DNA of 63,830 bases, the filler included, from Chiloscyllium plagiosum (taxonomy: Eukaryota), in NCBI RefSeq assembly GCF_004010195.1. It is 5 parts of one record of this genome, joined end to end, with 100 filler letters (N's around TTAATTAATTAA, not from the genome) between each part and the next. Parts side by side here need not be neighbours in the genome. Positions count along the whole stretch, not along the records: positions 26,222 to 45,466 come from NC_057714.1; positions 45,567 to 55,878 come from NC_057714.1; 3 more parts are not named here. One strand, 5' to 3'. The notes beneath the pieces were generated by a model that made no database searches, had not been told where the DNA came from, and was given only the letters and a program-made list of their open reading frames with translations. The position numbers and the translations under genes were made by a program. This document shows positions 35,191 through 48,648 of the stretch, in pieces; the stretch's first letter is position 1, and every line of letters starts with the position of its first letter.

Positions 35191-35854
35191 TTTTCTGTGA
35201 TGTGGAAGACAAAATATGGAAGTTGTGATGTCCTTTGAATATCACAGTCACTAGTAGAATGGATACAAGATTTTCGAACAAGTTGTTAAATTAAGCAGAT
35301 AAGTTGGACTTGCACAACTTGAGATTCCAGAGGTCTAAGAGAACGTTTGGATGAGTATAGCATTTGGGAGCAGGAGGAGGCCAGTTCACCTTTCCAACCT
35401 CGTTCAGCATTCAATAATACTATAGTTTATCTGGCTGTGTTTTCAACTCTATGTTCCTGTTTGAACTCCTAACCCAAGACCATCAGACCATCATCTTATC
35501 TGTCAGATTTCGAAAATTATCTAATTAAACCAATGTTTTTCATGTGGATAAAGGCCTAACGTATTCTTCATTCTTTAACGTGTTCTTTAATCAACTATCT
35601 TCATAAAATAAACCCGTCATCCAAGAAATGAGTAGAGTGAATCTTTTGTGCATTGCTGTGAATGCAATTATATCGTATATTAAGTAAGGAGACCACAGCT
35701 GAACACACGAGTCCCATTTTGGTCTCTTCTCAATCCGATGTAGTTCCCTACGCTTATGTTTGATTTCTCTTATGATGAACATTTGCTTTCTGAATTACTT
35801 ACTGTGCCTGTAGTCTAATGTCTTGTGATGCACGTTTGTGGTAGGTGATTGCCT

Positions 35855-37250
35855 AGTGGTGTCTTCACTGGACTGTTAATCAAAGACCCAAGTAATGGTC
35901 TGGAGACCCTAATTTGAATCCTGCCAAAGCAGATGGTGGAACCTAACGATGACCATGAATCAATTGTCACTGATGTCCTTTAGGGAAGGAAACTGCCATC
36001 CTTACTTTGTCTGGCCTCATCTGATTCCAGACCTGCAGTAATGTAGTTGCCCACTGCCATAAAAGGTTCACAATGGATGCCATTTCCCTAACCCAGCACT
36101 GTCCTTGGAACATCTGGACAAGGACACCTGACATCAGATTCCTACTTGTCGACTGCAACTCCACCTTCAACACCATTGTCCCCTCCAACCTGATCTCAAA
36201 ACTCCGAGACCTAGGTTCTGACTCCACCCTCTGCAACTCGATCCTCAGGTTTCTTACCCATAGACCTTAATCACTGAAGAGAGACAACTGCACTCCTCCA
36301 TGATAACACGAGCCCCCAAGGATGCATTCTCAGCCTCCTAACTGTACACCCTGTCAGTGTGCCACCAAATTTGAATGGACACTATCTACAAATTTGCTGA
36401 CGACGCCACCGTGGTAGGACGGATATCAAACAACAATGAGTCAGAATACAGAAAAGAAATTGAGGGCTTGGTAATGTGGTGCAATGATAACTTCTCTCCC
36501 AATGTCAGCAAAACTAAAGAACTGATAATTGACTTCAGAAAGAAAGGAGACCCTGCCCCCCCCCCCCCCCAACCCCCTCCCAAATCAAGAAGACACAACA
36601 ACACCTCTTTTTCAGAAATCTGGCATGTCCATAGGTATACTCTCCCACTTTTATAGATGCACCATAGAAAGCATACTGTCCAGGTGCATAAAGGGCTGAT
36701 GTGGCAACTGCTTTGTTCAGGACCGTAAGAAACTACAGAAGATTGTGTGTTCAGCCCAGACTATCACTGAAATCTACCTCCCGTCCATGGACTCCATTTA
36801 CACGTCTCATTGCTGCAGCAAGGCTGCTAGCATCAAAGACCCATTCGACCCCGGTAATGCTCTTCTACAACTTCTTCCATCAGGCAGAAAACACAGAAAC
36901 ATAAACACACAGGTTCAAGAACAACATTTTCCCTGCTGTTATTAGACTGATGAATGGACTTTCTAACTTCAAATAATGCTGATTTGTTAATGTTGATCTT
37001 GTCTCGTGTATGTCCTGTGTGGCATAATCTGTATGTCTTACTCTGTCCAATTTTTTTTCACCTAATGATTTCTATGTGCTTGATTACTATGATCTGCCTG
37101 TACTGCTTGCAAACCAAGCCTTTCACTGTACTTATGTACACATGACAATAAATAAATAAATCCAGACTCTCAAGTGCCCTCTGGGAAGTCAGGCATGGAC
37201 AATAAATGCTGGCCCAGCGAGCAATGTCCTCATGATGTGAATGAATTTTT
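35855..37250 (+). mobile_element. SacSINE1/DeuSINE-like SINE split by a LINE insertion (35855-36033 and 37161-37250)
   Basis: CACTGATGTCCTTTAGGGAAGGAAACTGCCATCCTTAC...TCTGGCCT central domain (recalled similarity). TCCAGAC at both junctions. Confidence 0.55.
36034..37160 (+). mobile_element. Rex1/Babar-like LINE, 5'-truncated
   Basis: LLVDCNSTFNTIVPSNLISKLRDLG..., YKFADDATVVGRISNNNESEYRKEI, LLPSGR, then an (AAAT)n tail. Confidence 0.8.
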
Positions 37251-38407
37251 AAAAAAAGAATACCCGGGTCTGTCTGTAAATCAGAGTTTTGCATTCTCTC
37301 AATTTAATAGTAAACAAGTTTTCAGTGTGGACAAGTTCACATTCTCCGTTATCGTTATATTCTGTCTGTGATGGTCTTTCACAATCACCATGTCTAAATC
37401 CCCATGAAGCCTCTTTTTATCATCCTCACAACTCATTTTCACCAAGTTTAGATTCATCTGTAAACTTGGAAACATTACAGTTGGTCCCCATATCTAAATC
37501 ATATTGAACAACTGGAAGCTGAGCACTGTTGTTGTGGTAAATCACTATCGTAGCCTGCCAATCTGAGAATGACCAATTTATTCATATTGTCTGCTTTCTT
37601 TTTGTTTAAACAATCCTGTGTTCATGTTAGTATATTATTTCCAATCACACATGGCTTAATTTTGTTTGCTAACTTGTGTGGGACTTTATCAAAAGCTTTC
37701 TAGAATAGAAAGGAATAAACCACCAGTAGAAGGGGTTCAGATTTAAGAAAGAACTCTTGGATAGATTGTGGGTATTAAACTTAACAAGGCTTTTGGACCA
37801 GATGAGACACATCCAAGGATTTTTGAAAGAGCTAAGTGTAGAAATTGCAGAAATACTGGCCATAATATTTCAGTCTTCTCTCGACTGTAGGGAGGTGCCA
37901 GGAAACTAGAATTGCCAATATGATGGCCTTGTTCAAAAAATGTTGTAAGGTTAATCCTGGCAAGACCAGTTCATTTGACATGTGTAGTAAGGCAACATTT
38001 AGAAACAATTAATTGGGATAGAATCAGTAATATGGAAACTGTGGGTTAAAAAATCAGAATGGATTTCTAAATGGAGAATAGTGTTTGTGACTTGCTGGAG
38101 TTTTTTATTAAAGGGTTGATGAGTGTAGCAGCATACATGGGTTTCCAGATGGTGTTTGATATAGTGCCTCTCAGATTTGAGGAGAGTTGTAGGTCTTGGT
38201 TTAAAGGGACTGTAGTAATATGGATGAAAAATTGGCTGAGTGGTAGGAAAAAAAAGGAACGGTCTTTGGATATTTTTCGAGCTGCAGAAAAGTTGTATTG
38301 ATATGATCTGGATCTCTGTGTGCATGGGACAGATTTCAAGTTTGCTGATGACACTAAACTTGGAGGAACTTTTAACTCTGAGGATAGTATGGAATCTCAA
38401 AAGGACA

Positions 38408-39372
38408 TAGAACATAGAAAAATACAGCGCAGTACAGGCCCTTTGGCCCTCGATGTTGCGCCGATCCAAGCCCACCTAACCTCCACTAGCCCACTATCCT
38501 CCATATGCCTATCCAATGCCCGCTTAAATGCCCATAATGAGGGAGAGTCCACCACTGCTACTGGCAGGGCAGTCCATGAACTCACGACTCGCTGAGTAAA
38601 GAACATACCCGTACCATCTGTCCTATACCTACCCCCCCCCCCTTAATTTAAAGCTATGCCCCCTCATAATAGCTGNNNNNNNNNNNNNNNNNNNNNNNNN
38701 NNNNNNNNNNNNNNNNNNNNNNNNNNNNNNNNNNNNNNNNNNNNNNNNNNNNNNNNNNNNNNNNNNNNNNNNNNNNNNNNNNNNNNNNNNNNNNNNNNNN
38801 NNNNNNNNNNNNNNNNNNNNNNNNNNNNNNNNNNNNNNNNNNNNNNNNNNNNNNNNNNNNNNNNNNNNNNNNNNNNNNNNNNNNNNNNNNNNNNNNNNNN
38901 NNNNNNNNNNNNNNNNNNNNNNNNNNNNNNNNNNNNNNNNNNNNNNNNNNNNNNNNNNNNNNNNNNNNNNNNNNNNNNNNNNNNNNNNNNNNNNNNNNNN
39001 NNNNNNNNNNNNNNNNNNNNNNNNNNNNNNCTTATCTATATCCCGCTGTAACCTGCCACATCCTTCCTCACTGTCAACAACTCCTCCGACTTTCGTATCA
39101 TCCGCAAACTTGCTCACCCAACCTTCTAGCCCCTCCTCCAGGTCATTTATAAAAATGACAACCAGCAATGGTCCCAAAACAGATCCTTGTGGAACACCGC
39201 TAGTAACGGCACTCCAAGATGAACTTTTACCATCAACTACTACCCTCTGTCTTCTTCCAACCAGCCAACTCCTAATCCAAACCTCCAACTCACCCTCAAT
39301 GCCATACTCCGTATTTTTTGAAGTAGCCTACCATGGGGAACCTTATCAAATGCCTTACTAAAATCCATATAC
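38408..39372 (-). mobile_element. Younger CR1 (spans a gap)
   Basis: [15 protein letters not shown]...[11 protein letters not shown], with a (CATAGAA)n tail. Confidence 0.9.
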
Positions 39373-39375
39373 TTA

Positions 39376-39930
39376 TTGACATATCATCCCGTTCTCCCTT
39401 CAGTCAAAGCAGAAGGCTTGCAGGCACAGAATAGTTTTACCTTCCTTTATTTCAGGCCCTGGAGAGAGAGAGAACGAACGATTGCCCATGTGCGCAGGGA
39501 CATGGATTCCCGGTCTTCTCTGGAACAACAGTTTCTTAATGAATTATATAATCATTTTACAGGGAGATACATCCAGATAAGGCAACATACATATTAATCG
39601 GGTGACCGTTACAATCAGCGAGTGTCATAATAGAGACGAAGCCTTCTACTTGTTTACAATGCATGTTCTTAACTTTGTTAATTGGATTCATGTAACGGAT
39701 ACTTCTCCCCTTGTTAACTGACTTTACATACTGAATGCTTTCAATATTCTTAAATGGCTCTACATGATAACTGCATTTCCACCTTGTTAACCAATTACCA
39801 TTGCCTCAAGCACCCCATTGTTAACTGCAAGTTCTTATCTGATCTGAGTCGTGCTGAGCTGAGCCTTTTGTTTCACAAAACTCAGAACTTAACTCTTTCC
39901 CTACCTGCTCATACCCTATGCACATTCTCA
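39376..39930 (-). mobile_element. Partial LTR, same family as 10560-11287
   Basis: Shared GAACGATTGCCCATGTGC.CAGGGACATG...CACATTCTCA. Confidence 0.7.
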
Positions 39931-39956
39931 AACAGGTTAGTGGAATGGGCAAATAA

Positions 39957-40903
39957 TGTTAAGTTCGTGGGTGGCACAGTGGTTAGCACTGCTCCCTCAC
40001 AGCGCCAGAGACCCGGGTTCAATTCCCGACTCAGGCGACTGACTGTGTGGAGTTTGCACATTATCCCGGTGTCTGTGTGGGTTTCCTCCGGGTGCTCCGG
40101 TTTCCTTCCACAGTCCAAAGATGTGCAGGCCATGCTAAATTGGGTGGGTGGGTTCGCGCTTCGGCAGGTCGGTGTGGACTTGTTGGGCCGAAGGGCCTGT
40201 TTCCGCACTGTAAGTAATCTAATCTTCTTTTTCCTGAGAATTTTACACATTTGATGTAACTGCAATACGTCAACTTCTGTGAACAACAACCAAACTTTAT
40301 TATGCAAGTACAGTACAAGCTGCGGAGAAACTCTTAACACTCTTCGTCATCAGAGGTTTTGCTCACTCTGAGGGAGCTGGATCAGTGTCAAGAACTCTCC
40401 GCGTAGAAATATAGGGGGTGACTTGGTTTAAAAAAAACACACTTCGCCATGCTCGCAAAGCGTGTCGAGAGGTCTCTCTGAACAAAAGAAACAGTTCTTC
40501 CTTTATACAACATCTTTACATCACAGTCACTAATGCCCACAAGACAACCCCCAGCCACTCCCTCACAGTCATATGCCACTCAAGACACAATGCAGTGACC
40601 TGATTATCTCCAGAAACAACGTCATGTAAGTCATCCCCTAATGGTCAAATCTGTTGTGAATCTTTTATTAACTGCAAGGAGTAATCAAAATTCCACCTGC
40701 AGTGTTCTTACTGATTTTGAAAGGATGATGATGCCACTCTTTTACTCTGAATAACTAGGAAATGGCCATATAAATGGCTCTGAATGTCAAGTGATGGGAA
40801 TATAAATTCCTTACAATTTACCTGTAAGTCAGAGGCATTCCACCCTCGTCTCAGGACATCCACTTTCCTGCAGATCAGAGCATATCAGCTCTTCAGTGTC
40901 TCA
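39957..40903 (-). mobile_element. Solo LTR related to the 9948/14052 LTRs, with nested HE1 SINE (about 39968-40222, + strand)
   Basis: TGTTAAGTTC is the reverse complement of the LTR end GAACTTAACA. Collinear inverted homology continues to about 40903. Confidence 0.8.
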
Positions 40904-41449
40904 ATGACAGATGACATTCAATGCAGAAAAGTGAGGTGATGCATTTTGGTCATAAAAGCACTGAAAGACAATATAAAATAGGGGGTGCAAGACCAGGGGA
41001 CCTGAGTGTATATGTATACAGGTCATTTGAACATGACAGTATGTGGAAATAATAATAAATAAATCATATAATGTTCTCCGTTTTATTGATAAGTGTATCC
41101 AACATAAGAATAAGGAGATGATATTGAACTTGTGTAAGGCACTTGTTAGACCTCAGCTGGAGAATTGTGTAGAGTTTGGATGCTCCATTGTTGGAAAGAT
41201 GTGAATGCATTGGAGAGAGTGCAGAAGTGATTTATTTGAATGGGTTCCAGATATGAAAAACTTGAACAGTGAGGATAGATTAAAGAAATTGGGACTGTTC
41301 TTCCTGCAGAGAAGACGACTAACAGGAAATCTGAGTGAGGTTGTCAAAGTCATGAGTGGGCTGAACAGAGTAGATAGGATGAAGCCGTTTCTCCTTGTAA
41401 GGAATGTGCAAGTGTAGATTTAAGGTGATGTACAAATGAAGCAAGGATG

Positions 41450-42410
41450 ATTTTGATTTATTAATGTCATACGTACAGAGATACAGTGGAAGTATTATTT
41501 TGCATCCTGAGCAGACAAACTATACCTTGCATAAGTACATTACGCTAATACAGAGGAACCTGTATTATCCAGCATTTAGTTAACTGAATTTTGGATTATC
41601 CGAACAAGATCGCACTGTTCCGATGCGTGGCTAACTGTTATCAGGTATTCAATTGACTGAGCGAAATACTCCCCGCTCGTGTCCTTTGGACAATTGAGGT
41701 TCCTCTGTAAAACAGTATGCAGAATATTGTATTACATCTACAGAGAATGTGCAGAGAAAGATCTACTCTAATGTATGAGAGGTCCGTTCATAACTCTAAC
41801 GGTGGAGGGGGTGAAACTGTACTTGAATCTGTTGGCACATTTTCAAACTTTGTATCTTCTGCTCGATGGAAAGAAATGTATAAGTGGGGTGGAAGCGGTC
41901 TTTGAATACTTTGGCTGCTTTTCCAAGGCAGTGGAGTCAATGTAAGGAAGGCTGGTTTTTATAATGGACTGAACTGCGTTCACAGCTCTCTGTAATTTCT
42001 TGAGGCCTTGGGCAGAGCAGTTGTCAAACTAAGCTGTGATGCCCTCAGATTGAATGCTTTCTATGAAAAATCTATAAAAAATTGGTACGTCATTGTGGAC
42101 ATGCTGAATTTTCTTCGCTTTTTGAGGAAAGTAGAGGTGTTAGTGTGCTTTCTTAATTAGCATCAACCTAGATGGACCAGGTTAGATTGGTGATATTTAC
42201 TCCTTAGAACTTATATCTCTCAACCATCTCCACCTCAGCACCTTTGATACAAACAGGGGTGTGTCTTCCACTCCGTTTCCTGAAGTCAATGATCAGCTCC
42301 TTCATTTTTGCTGACATTGAGGGAGATATTGTTTGTCTTTACATCGTGCCACTAAGCTGCCTTATCTCTCTCTTGTTCTCTTGATTCATCATGGTTTGAG
42401 ATCTGACCCA
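41450..42410 (-). mobile_element. Decayed Rex1/Babar-like LINE
   Basis: Minus strand: LNVSKNEGADH / LIIDFRK-like block, as in 36500-36545. Confidence 0.6.
41551..41707. mobile_element. Second Tigger-type MITE
   Basis: TA-CAGAGGAACCT ... AGGTTCCTCTG-TA. Confidence 0.8.
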
Positions 42411-43339
42411 TGACAGTGGAAACCTTTTCACACGGTGATTTGTTAAAAGTAGCAATTTTCAACTTTTTTGTCTCATTAATTCCTCCGTATACGTATTTTA
42501 TTAATGCTAACTGTTTTCAGTTCCGCACAGCTATTACCTGTTTGGATCTTATTTATTTCAGATGTCCTGTGCCTTCCCCAAAGACATATGCAAAATGCTC
42601 ATTTAGCTTCCCATTTTCACACAAATAATCTCCTTGTCTCTATCGTAATGACTCATTTATGCTTCCTAATCTTTACCTTTTCACATAGCTGTAAAAGCTT
42701 TTCCAATCCGTTTTAGTGTTTCTTTCTATTTCACATTGATATTTTCTGCTCTGTATCAATTTGAGTCCTTGCTGAATTCTAAAATTCTACCAGTCATCAG
42801 GTTTACAACTTTTGACTAATTTATAAACCTCCTTTTATAATTTTTCCTTGTTAATCATGGTGCACTCAGTTTTTAATATTTTTGCCTTGTAGAAGTTACT
42901 TTTGTGAACTGAGCCTTAATTCTTTAAATACAAATGACTCTATGACAAATCCATTGTTTATTTACCATCAAATCCTTTAATATCTTTTCCATTAACCAAA
43001 GTCAGCTTCCTTAACCTTCGTGACTGCTGTTATTTAGATTTATATCTTTTTTTCAACTTAGTGGAACATTCACCTTTCTGCATGCATCTCTAATTTCTTG
43101 ATTTGTACCGTACCCTACGTGACTACTGTTTGGCCTATAAACCATTCCGGCCAGTGTTTGCTCTTCCTTGTCATCCTTATTTACAATCTGAGATCCTGTC
43201 TTGCTAATGTACCGATCCCATCCCTTCCTGTCAGCACTGTCTCACTTCCTTTTCACTTGTTCCCTCCTAAGTATTGAAAGTCCTTTAACATTGGGTTACC
43301 AGTCTTTGTTATCCTGCAATGACATCTCTGTAATAATAG

Positions 43340-43744
43340 GTAATGGGGGTGAAGATAAATATGAGAATAAGACAGCTAGTAATATAAAAAAAATTGCCAG
43401 AGTTCTTTAGTTAACTAAAAGGTAAGAGAGAGGCACGAGTGGATATTGGACTGCTGGAAAATGAGGCTGGAGAAGTAATGGGGAACAAAGAAATGGTGGA
43501 GGAACTGAATAGGTACATCACTTTTCACAATGAAGATACCAGCATACCAGTATTTCAGGAAAATTGGGGGCAGCAGTGAATGTAGTGACCATCACTAAGT
43601 AGAAGATGCTGGGGAAGCTGGAAAGGTCTGAAGATGGCTAAGTCATCTGGACCAGATGGCCTACACCCTAGAGTTCTGAAGAAGATAGCCGAGGAGATTG
43701 TAAGGGCAGTGGTTGTGATCTAGCAGAAATCACTGGAGTCAGGG
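43340..43744 (+). mobile_element. CR1 ORF2 internal fragment
   Basis: KSSGPDGLHPRVLK-like sequence. Confidence 0.65.
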
Positions 43745-44012
43745 TGTTAAGTTCTTTTCCTGAGGTTTCACACACGAGATGCAACTCGCATACACCAACT
43801 TGTGCAAAAAGTTTATTAAAGCTTGTACAAGCTAGGTGACCCCCTTGAACCTCTTCGCAGGTGTGCGAAGTCGAGTCAAAGTGAGGCCCTGAGTAAAGAA
43901 AATGCATCCCCTTTATACAGGTCAGTTGGCAATGCTTACAGATACTCTGGCCACTCCCCCATATTCATGTGCCACTCAGAAGAACTCAGAAGAAGTTCTC
44001 CTGATCTCAGTG
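43745..44012 (-). mobile_element. LTR fragment, distant relative of the 9948/14052 family
   Basis: Begins TGTTAAGTTCTTTTCCTGAGG. AATAAA and GTATAAAG on the minus strand. Confidence 0.55.
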
Positions 44013-44069
44013 AGTCTCTCTCTCGCGCGCTCTCTCCCTCGCGCGCTCTCTCCCTCGCGTGCTCTCTCC

Positions 44070-45466
44070 CTCTCACTGCACCTCCAGGTAGTCTCCTCCT
44101 ATGCCCTTAAGCTCTTCAGCCACATCCTGAGGCAGACACGTTACCACAGCCACATCTCTTTCCTCTGCGCCTGCCGATGGAACCGACTGATCCTGCAGGG
44201 ACACTTGACTACATTGAGACCATCACGATTTGGACCTGACCAGGTCAACCAGTACCTACAACAAATCCAAAGCCTCCAGAAACTGAAAACCCTCTGGATC
44301 CTCTGCTCCATGCTCGCAGCCATGTGCTGCTATCTACACTGTCTGCAGACAGCCCTCCCCCAGCTCAGCGCCACACTTCCAGACCTGCAAAGGACTTCTG
44401 CTGACCTTCTTCCTGAGAAGGATCCACCCACTCAACAAATGCTTTTTTCCACCATATCGGACATGCCAAACTTTCATGTACTAACCTCAATACAGTACTT
44501 GGGATTCCTCGATCATTCCAGAAGCTTCTGCCAGCCTCCGGAACTGCTCAGACCCCAACAACCATGCGGCTACTTCAGCCACCCCCACTGCAGCGAATGA
44601 TTACACAGACCGCAGCAATTGCCAACTATGCTGCCTCAGTAATCGCCGGTAAAACAACTGCTTCCACGACCACTGTAAGATGATCCACCGCTGCCAAAAC
44701 CACTGCGAAGTCGACCTGGCATGTCACTTCTGCACCCGTAGTTGCTGTCACAGCCACTTCCGCCCCCACCAACGTCACTCGCCCAAACACCGCTGACGAC
44801 ATCGCCTATGCCATGCGTTTCGTCATTTCCGTCCCCGCGGATGCTACCAAAGGCACCACTTCTACCCACTAACCCCTGAGGTGAGCGTCACTTCCATTGG
44901 TGATGTCACCCATGATCCCACAATCACGCCCATTCCAGTGACAGTCTCCGCCCCACTCCCACATCCAGCTCCACACTAGGTCCTCTGTCCCAGCCCTTAC
45001 TATATTCCCCAGTCCTCCTCCACACTGATGATGAATGATCAGTCCTCAGTAAAGGCCTCACACGTTGCGATATTGAACACTTCTTCCTCCACTGCCATGC
45101 TTGCTTTTTCCATCAGGACTCCTGTCCACCCTCCGAGGACCATTTCTCCTGCCTTCAACATGCCCCATCCACCTGGACACCCCATGCTGGTCTGTTACCC
45201 ACCCTTGAACTCTTCATTTCCAACTGCCACCGTGGCATTGACTGCCTCAATCTGTTCAACCCCCCCCCCAACCTCTCACCCTTGCAACATACAGCCCTCC
45301 ACTCCAGCTCCAACATCGCCAGCAAACCTGCATACAAGAGGTGTGGCGCAGTGGTATTTTGGTGCACCGGCCTCTACAATGCTGAAATGGAAATGTGTTG
45401 CTGGAAAAGCGCAGCAGGTCAGGCAGCATCCAGGGAACAGGAGAATCGACGTTTCGGGCATTAGCC
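44070..45466 (+). mobile_element. Decayed Penelope-like ORF (N-terminal part) followed by an inverted terminal block
   Basis: KLFSHILRQTRYHSHISFL..., VLSKGL, KPAYKRCGAVVFWCTGLY (PADKG.AVV motif). 45385-45466 is the PLE-A end on the minus strand. Confidence 0.75.
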
Positions 45467-45566
45467 NNNNNNNNNNNNNNNNNNNNNNNNNNNNNNNNNN
45501 NNNNNNNNNNTTAATTAATTAANNNNNNNNNNNNNNNNNNNNNNNNNNNNNNNNNNNNNNNNNNNN

Positions 45567-48500
45567 CCTTTTTTAGGATAAGAGAGATATTTGCCTCTTT
45601 CAGCGAAGGCGGGAGACAGCCCTGACTGTATGCGTAGTTATACATGTCCATAAGTGGACCAGCCAATACTCCTGTAAATTCTTTATAGAATTCAGCTTGA
45701 AAACCATCTGAGCCAGGTGCCTTACCGCTCTGAAGTTGCGTGATTGCATCAAGTATTTCTTGGACTTTTCGGGGAGCATTTAAGACCGATACTGTTCCGG
45801 AGTTAGGTCCGGAAAGGTCAAATTTTTAAAAAATGATTGCATCCTCCTAGTCCTGTCTTCACAATCCTGCGATTTATATAAATCAGATTAAAATTTTCTA
45901 AAGATTGCGTTAATCCTTTTATGATCATGAGTCAAAATACCCGTACTTTCCTTGATAGACGTGATAGTTTGAGGGGCCTTTTTTTTCTTTGCAAGAAATG
46001 CTAAGTATCTACCCTGTTTGTCGCCAAATTCATATAACCTTTGTTTTGCAAATAATATTTCCCTCTTAGCCGTTTGGGTAAGCGTGGTGTTTAGAGCTGT
46101 CCTAAGAGCCGTAATCCTTTGCAATTTGATGATAGAAGGTCTATTAGTATATGCTGTTTCAGCTGCTTTTAAGCGAGCTTTGAACAGATGCTGTTGTTCT
46201 CCCTTTAATTTTTTCTGGGTCGCTGAGTAGGAGATGATCAAACCTCGCGCGTAAGCTTTGATGGTCTCCCACATCATTGATGGGTTGCTAGCCATACGTA
46301 AATTAATTTCTAAAAAAGTTTTAAATTCTTGAGAGAAGTATTTTACAAATTTACTATTTTTCATCAGGAAGGGGTCCATATGCCAATGCCGAGGGGATGT
46401 CCCGTTGTTCCTCGCCTTAGTTTCCATATATACAGCAGCGTGGTCGGAAATTGCTATATTACCTATTTTACAGGATGATATGGAATTTAAAAAAATCGAG
46501 GAGGCAAAAAAACATATCAATTCTGGTATGACATTTATGTGGATTGGAGTAAAAAGAAAAATCTCTGCCCTGTGGATGAAGACATCTCCATACATCTACT
46601 AATCCTAATTCTTTGTTCAGATCCACCAATTGTCTAGATCTGGGAGATACTCCTGCAGTACTCTTGGGAATCCTATCTATTTCCGGATCCATAATACAAT
46701 TAAAGTCTCCCCCTATAATTGTATGACGGGCACCAAGAGCCATCAATTTTGAGAAGGCTTCAGTTATAAATTTAAAGGGGTGTGCCGGCGGGCAGTACAA
46801 ATTTAAAATCCCATATTCCTCTCCATTTATAAGAGTTTTAATCAGAATATATCGTCCAGTTGGTGCACCACTTAACCAACTGATCAACCATAATCATCTG
46901 GGCAAATCCGATACCCCTCGGGAGGGGGAACCCTATCCAGAACATCCCGAGCTTAGAGCATATAAAATTTACAAAAATAAAGGTTCTCTAATACTCTCAC
47001 AACAGTATAATAAAAAAACTATTTCTAAACAATAAAAAAAATATAAAATGTATTTAAATGGAGATTTTCCCCCTTGTTCCCAGTGGGTGTCACTTCCTTT
47101 CCAAAGGTCCATCGTATCCTCTCCCAACCAGGGTCCCACCCTTGACACAGGTGCTCCTCAATAGGATGAGGAGAATTCAGATATAATACAAAGCTAGAGT
47201 TAACAGTGAGCACCCTACCCCCACTCCCCCACCCACACTAACACCTGGATATATTTGGTAATGTTAATACCATGTATAGACATATGTAACTATAAAATTA
47301 CAACGTCAACAAATAATAATTAAATATAATAATACAAAATAACAAGTGTAAACAACCCCACTCCTAGAGACAGAGATAAAATAGAATAAGGTAACCACCT
47401 CACCCCACCAACATTAACTAGACCCCCTGGCTATATATATATATATAAAATAATTTTTAAAAACCCAAGGGGGGGAGAAAATCGTTAAGTAGAGAACAAA
47501 TAAATAAATCCCTCTCCCCACCCCCAAGATAATATTAAACAGTAAGGTAAAAAAAAGTAAAGGGGGGGATATAAACCGGAGTGGGGGGAAGGCAAACCAA
47601 CATCCATTATCTCTTACAATTTATCTAAGAGAGTCCAAAAATTCCTTAGCCTTTTCCGGCGATCCGAAGTTATACATGGATCCTTCATGGTTAAAGCGTA
47701 GCGTCGCTGGGTAGCGTAAGGAGTACTGAATATTTAAGTCCCTTAAACACTTCCTCGCCTCATCGAATGCCTTCCTCTTTCAGACCAGAGCTAGGGAAAA
47801 GTCCTGGAATAACATGATCTTGGATCCTTTATAGATCATGGCTTGGGAATCTTTTCCAAGATTTCTAGAGGCTTCTAGGAGTATCTGCCTCTCCTTATAG
47901 CTCTGCAGCCGGAACAGGACCGGGCGTGGGCGCTGGTTCAAGCCGAGCCCGCGTATTGCAACCTGGTAGGCCCATTCCACCCTTACCTGGCCTGATCCAG
48001 CTTCCAGATTTAAAAGCTGTGGCAGCCACTGATCCAGGAATGCTGTAAGCTGGCCTTCCTCTTCCCATTCGGGAAGGCCCAGCAAACGAATAATTTTTCG
48101 GCGACCTCGATAATCGAGGTCGTCAATATGATTCTCTAAGGTCCAGACTCGCTGTTCGAGAGTCCGGACCCGATCCACGGCCGATTGCGCTGTAGTTTTG
48201 GAGGTTGCGGCCTTTAGCTCCACCCCTCCGACTCAGCGCTCGATTTCTTTAATGTCTCGATCGTGCTTTTGCAGCGTGGCCGAGAGTGAGTCCCATCGAC
48301 TTCGGGATTCTTCAATAAAAGCGTCGATCTTCGCATCCAGTTTGGAGATGATTTCCACGAGGCTCGCCACCGTAGATAAGTCCCCCGGGGTGGCTGCGGA
48401 TGTCTCAGTTGCAGCTGGAGAAGGTGGGGGAGGGGTTCCTGCTTGCTGAGAGCTGCGGGCTCCCTTCCCTTTAGTCATTTTTACTGAAGATTAGATTGTT

Positions 48501-48648
48501 TAAATTTAATACTAAGCAACTAATTAAATTAAACAGCTATTTTAAATGATTTGGTGAGTGTGGTGGGGGTGGGTGACCCACTTTGCCTAAGTCTTGGGAG
48601 GAGCAGTGTAGATTCAGACTTGCTTGTTCGGCGCCATCTTGGATCCCC
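45567..48648 (-). mobile_element. L1-clade LINE with intact 5' end (3' part lost in gap)
   Basis: 5' GGGGATCCAAGATGGCGCCG. ORF1 from 48478 (LENHIDDLDYRGRRKIIRLLGLPE, KIMLFQDFS). ORF2 from 46891 (GGDFN, SDHAAV, WETIKAYARG, GPDGF). Confidence 0.9.

Larger units (their letters stand above)
37720..41450 (+). mobile_element. Old CR1 fragment broken by four nested insertions
   Basis: FKFADDTKLGG...QKDI stops at about 38410, resumes at 39931-39956, and resumes again at about 40904. Confidence 0.75.

Noticed and set aside
39968..40030. tRNA-like A and B boxes (also in other HE1 copies and at 11329-11403)
   Set aside because: These are SINE heads or leader hairpins; no complete cloverleaf is present.
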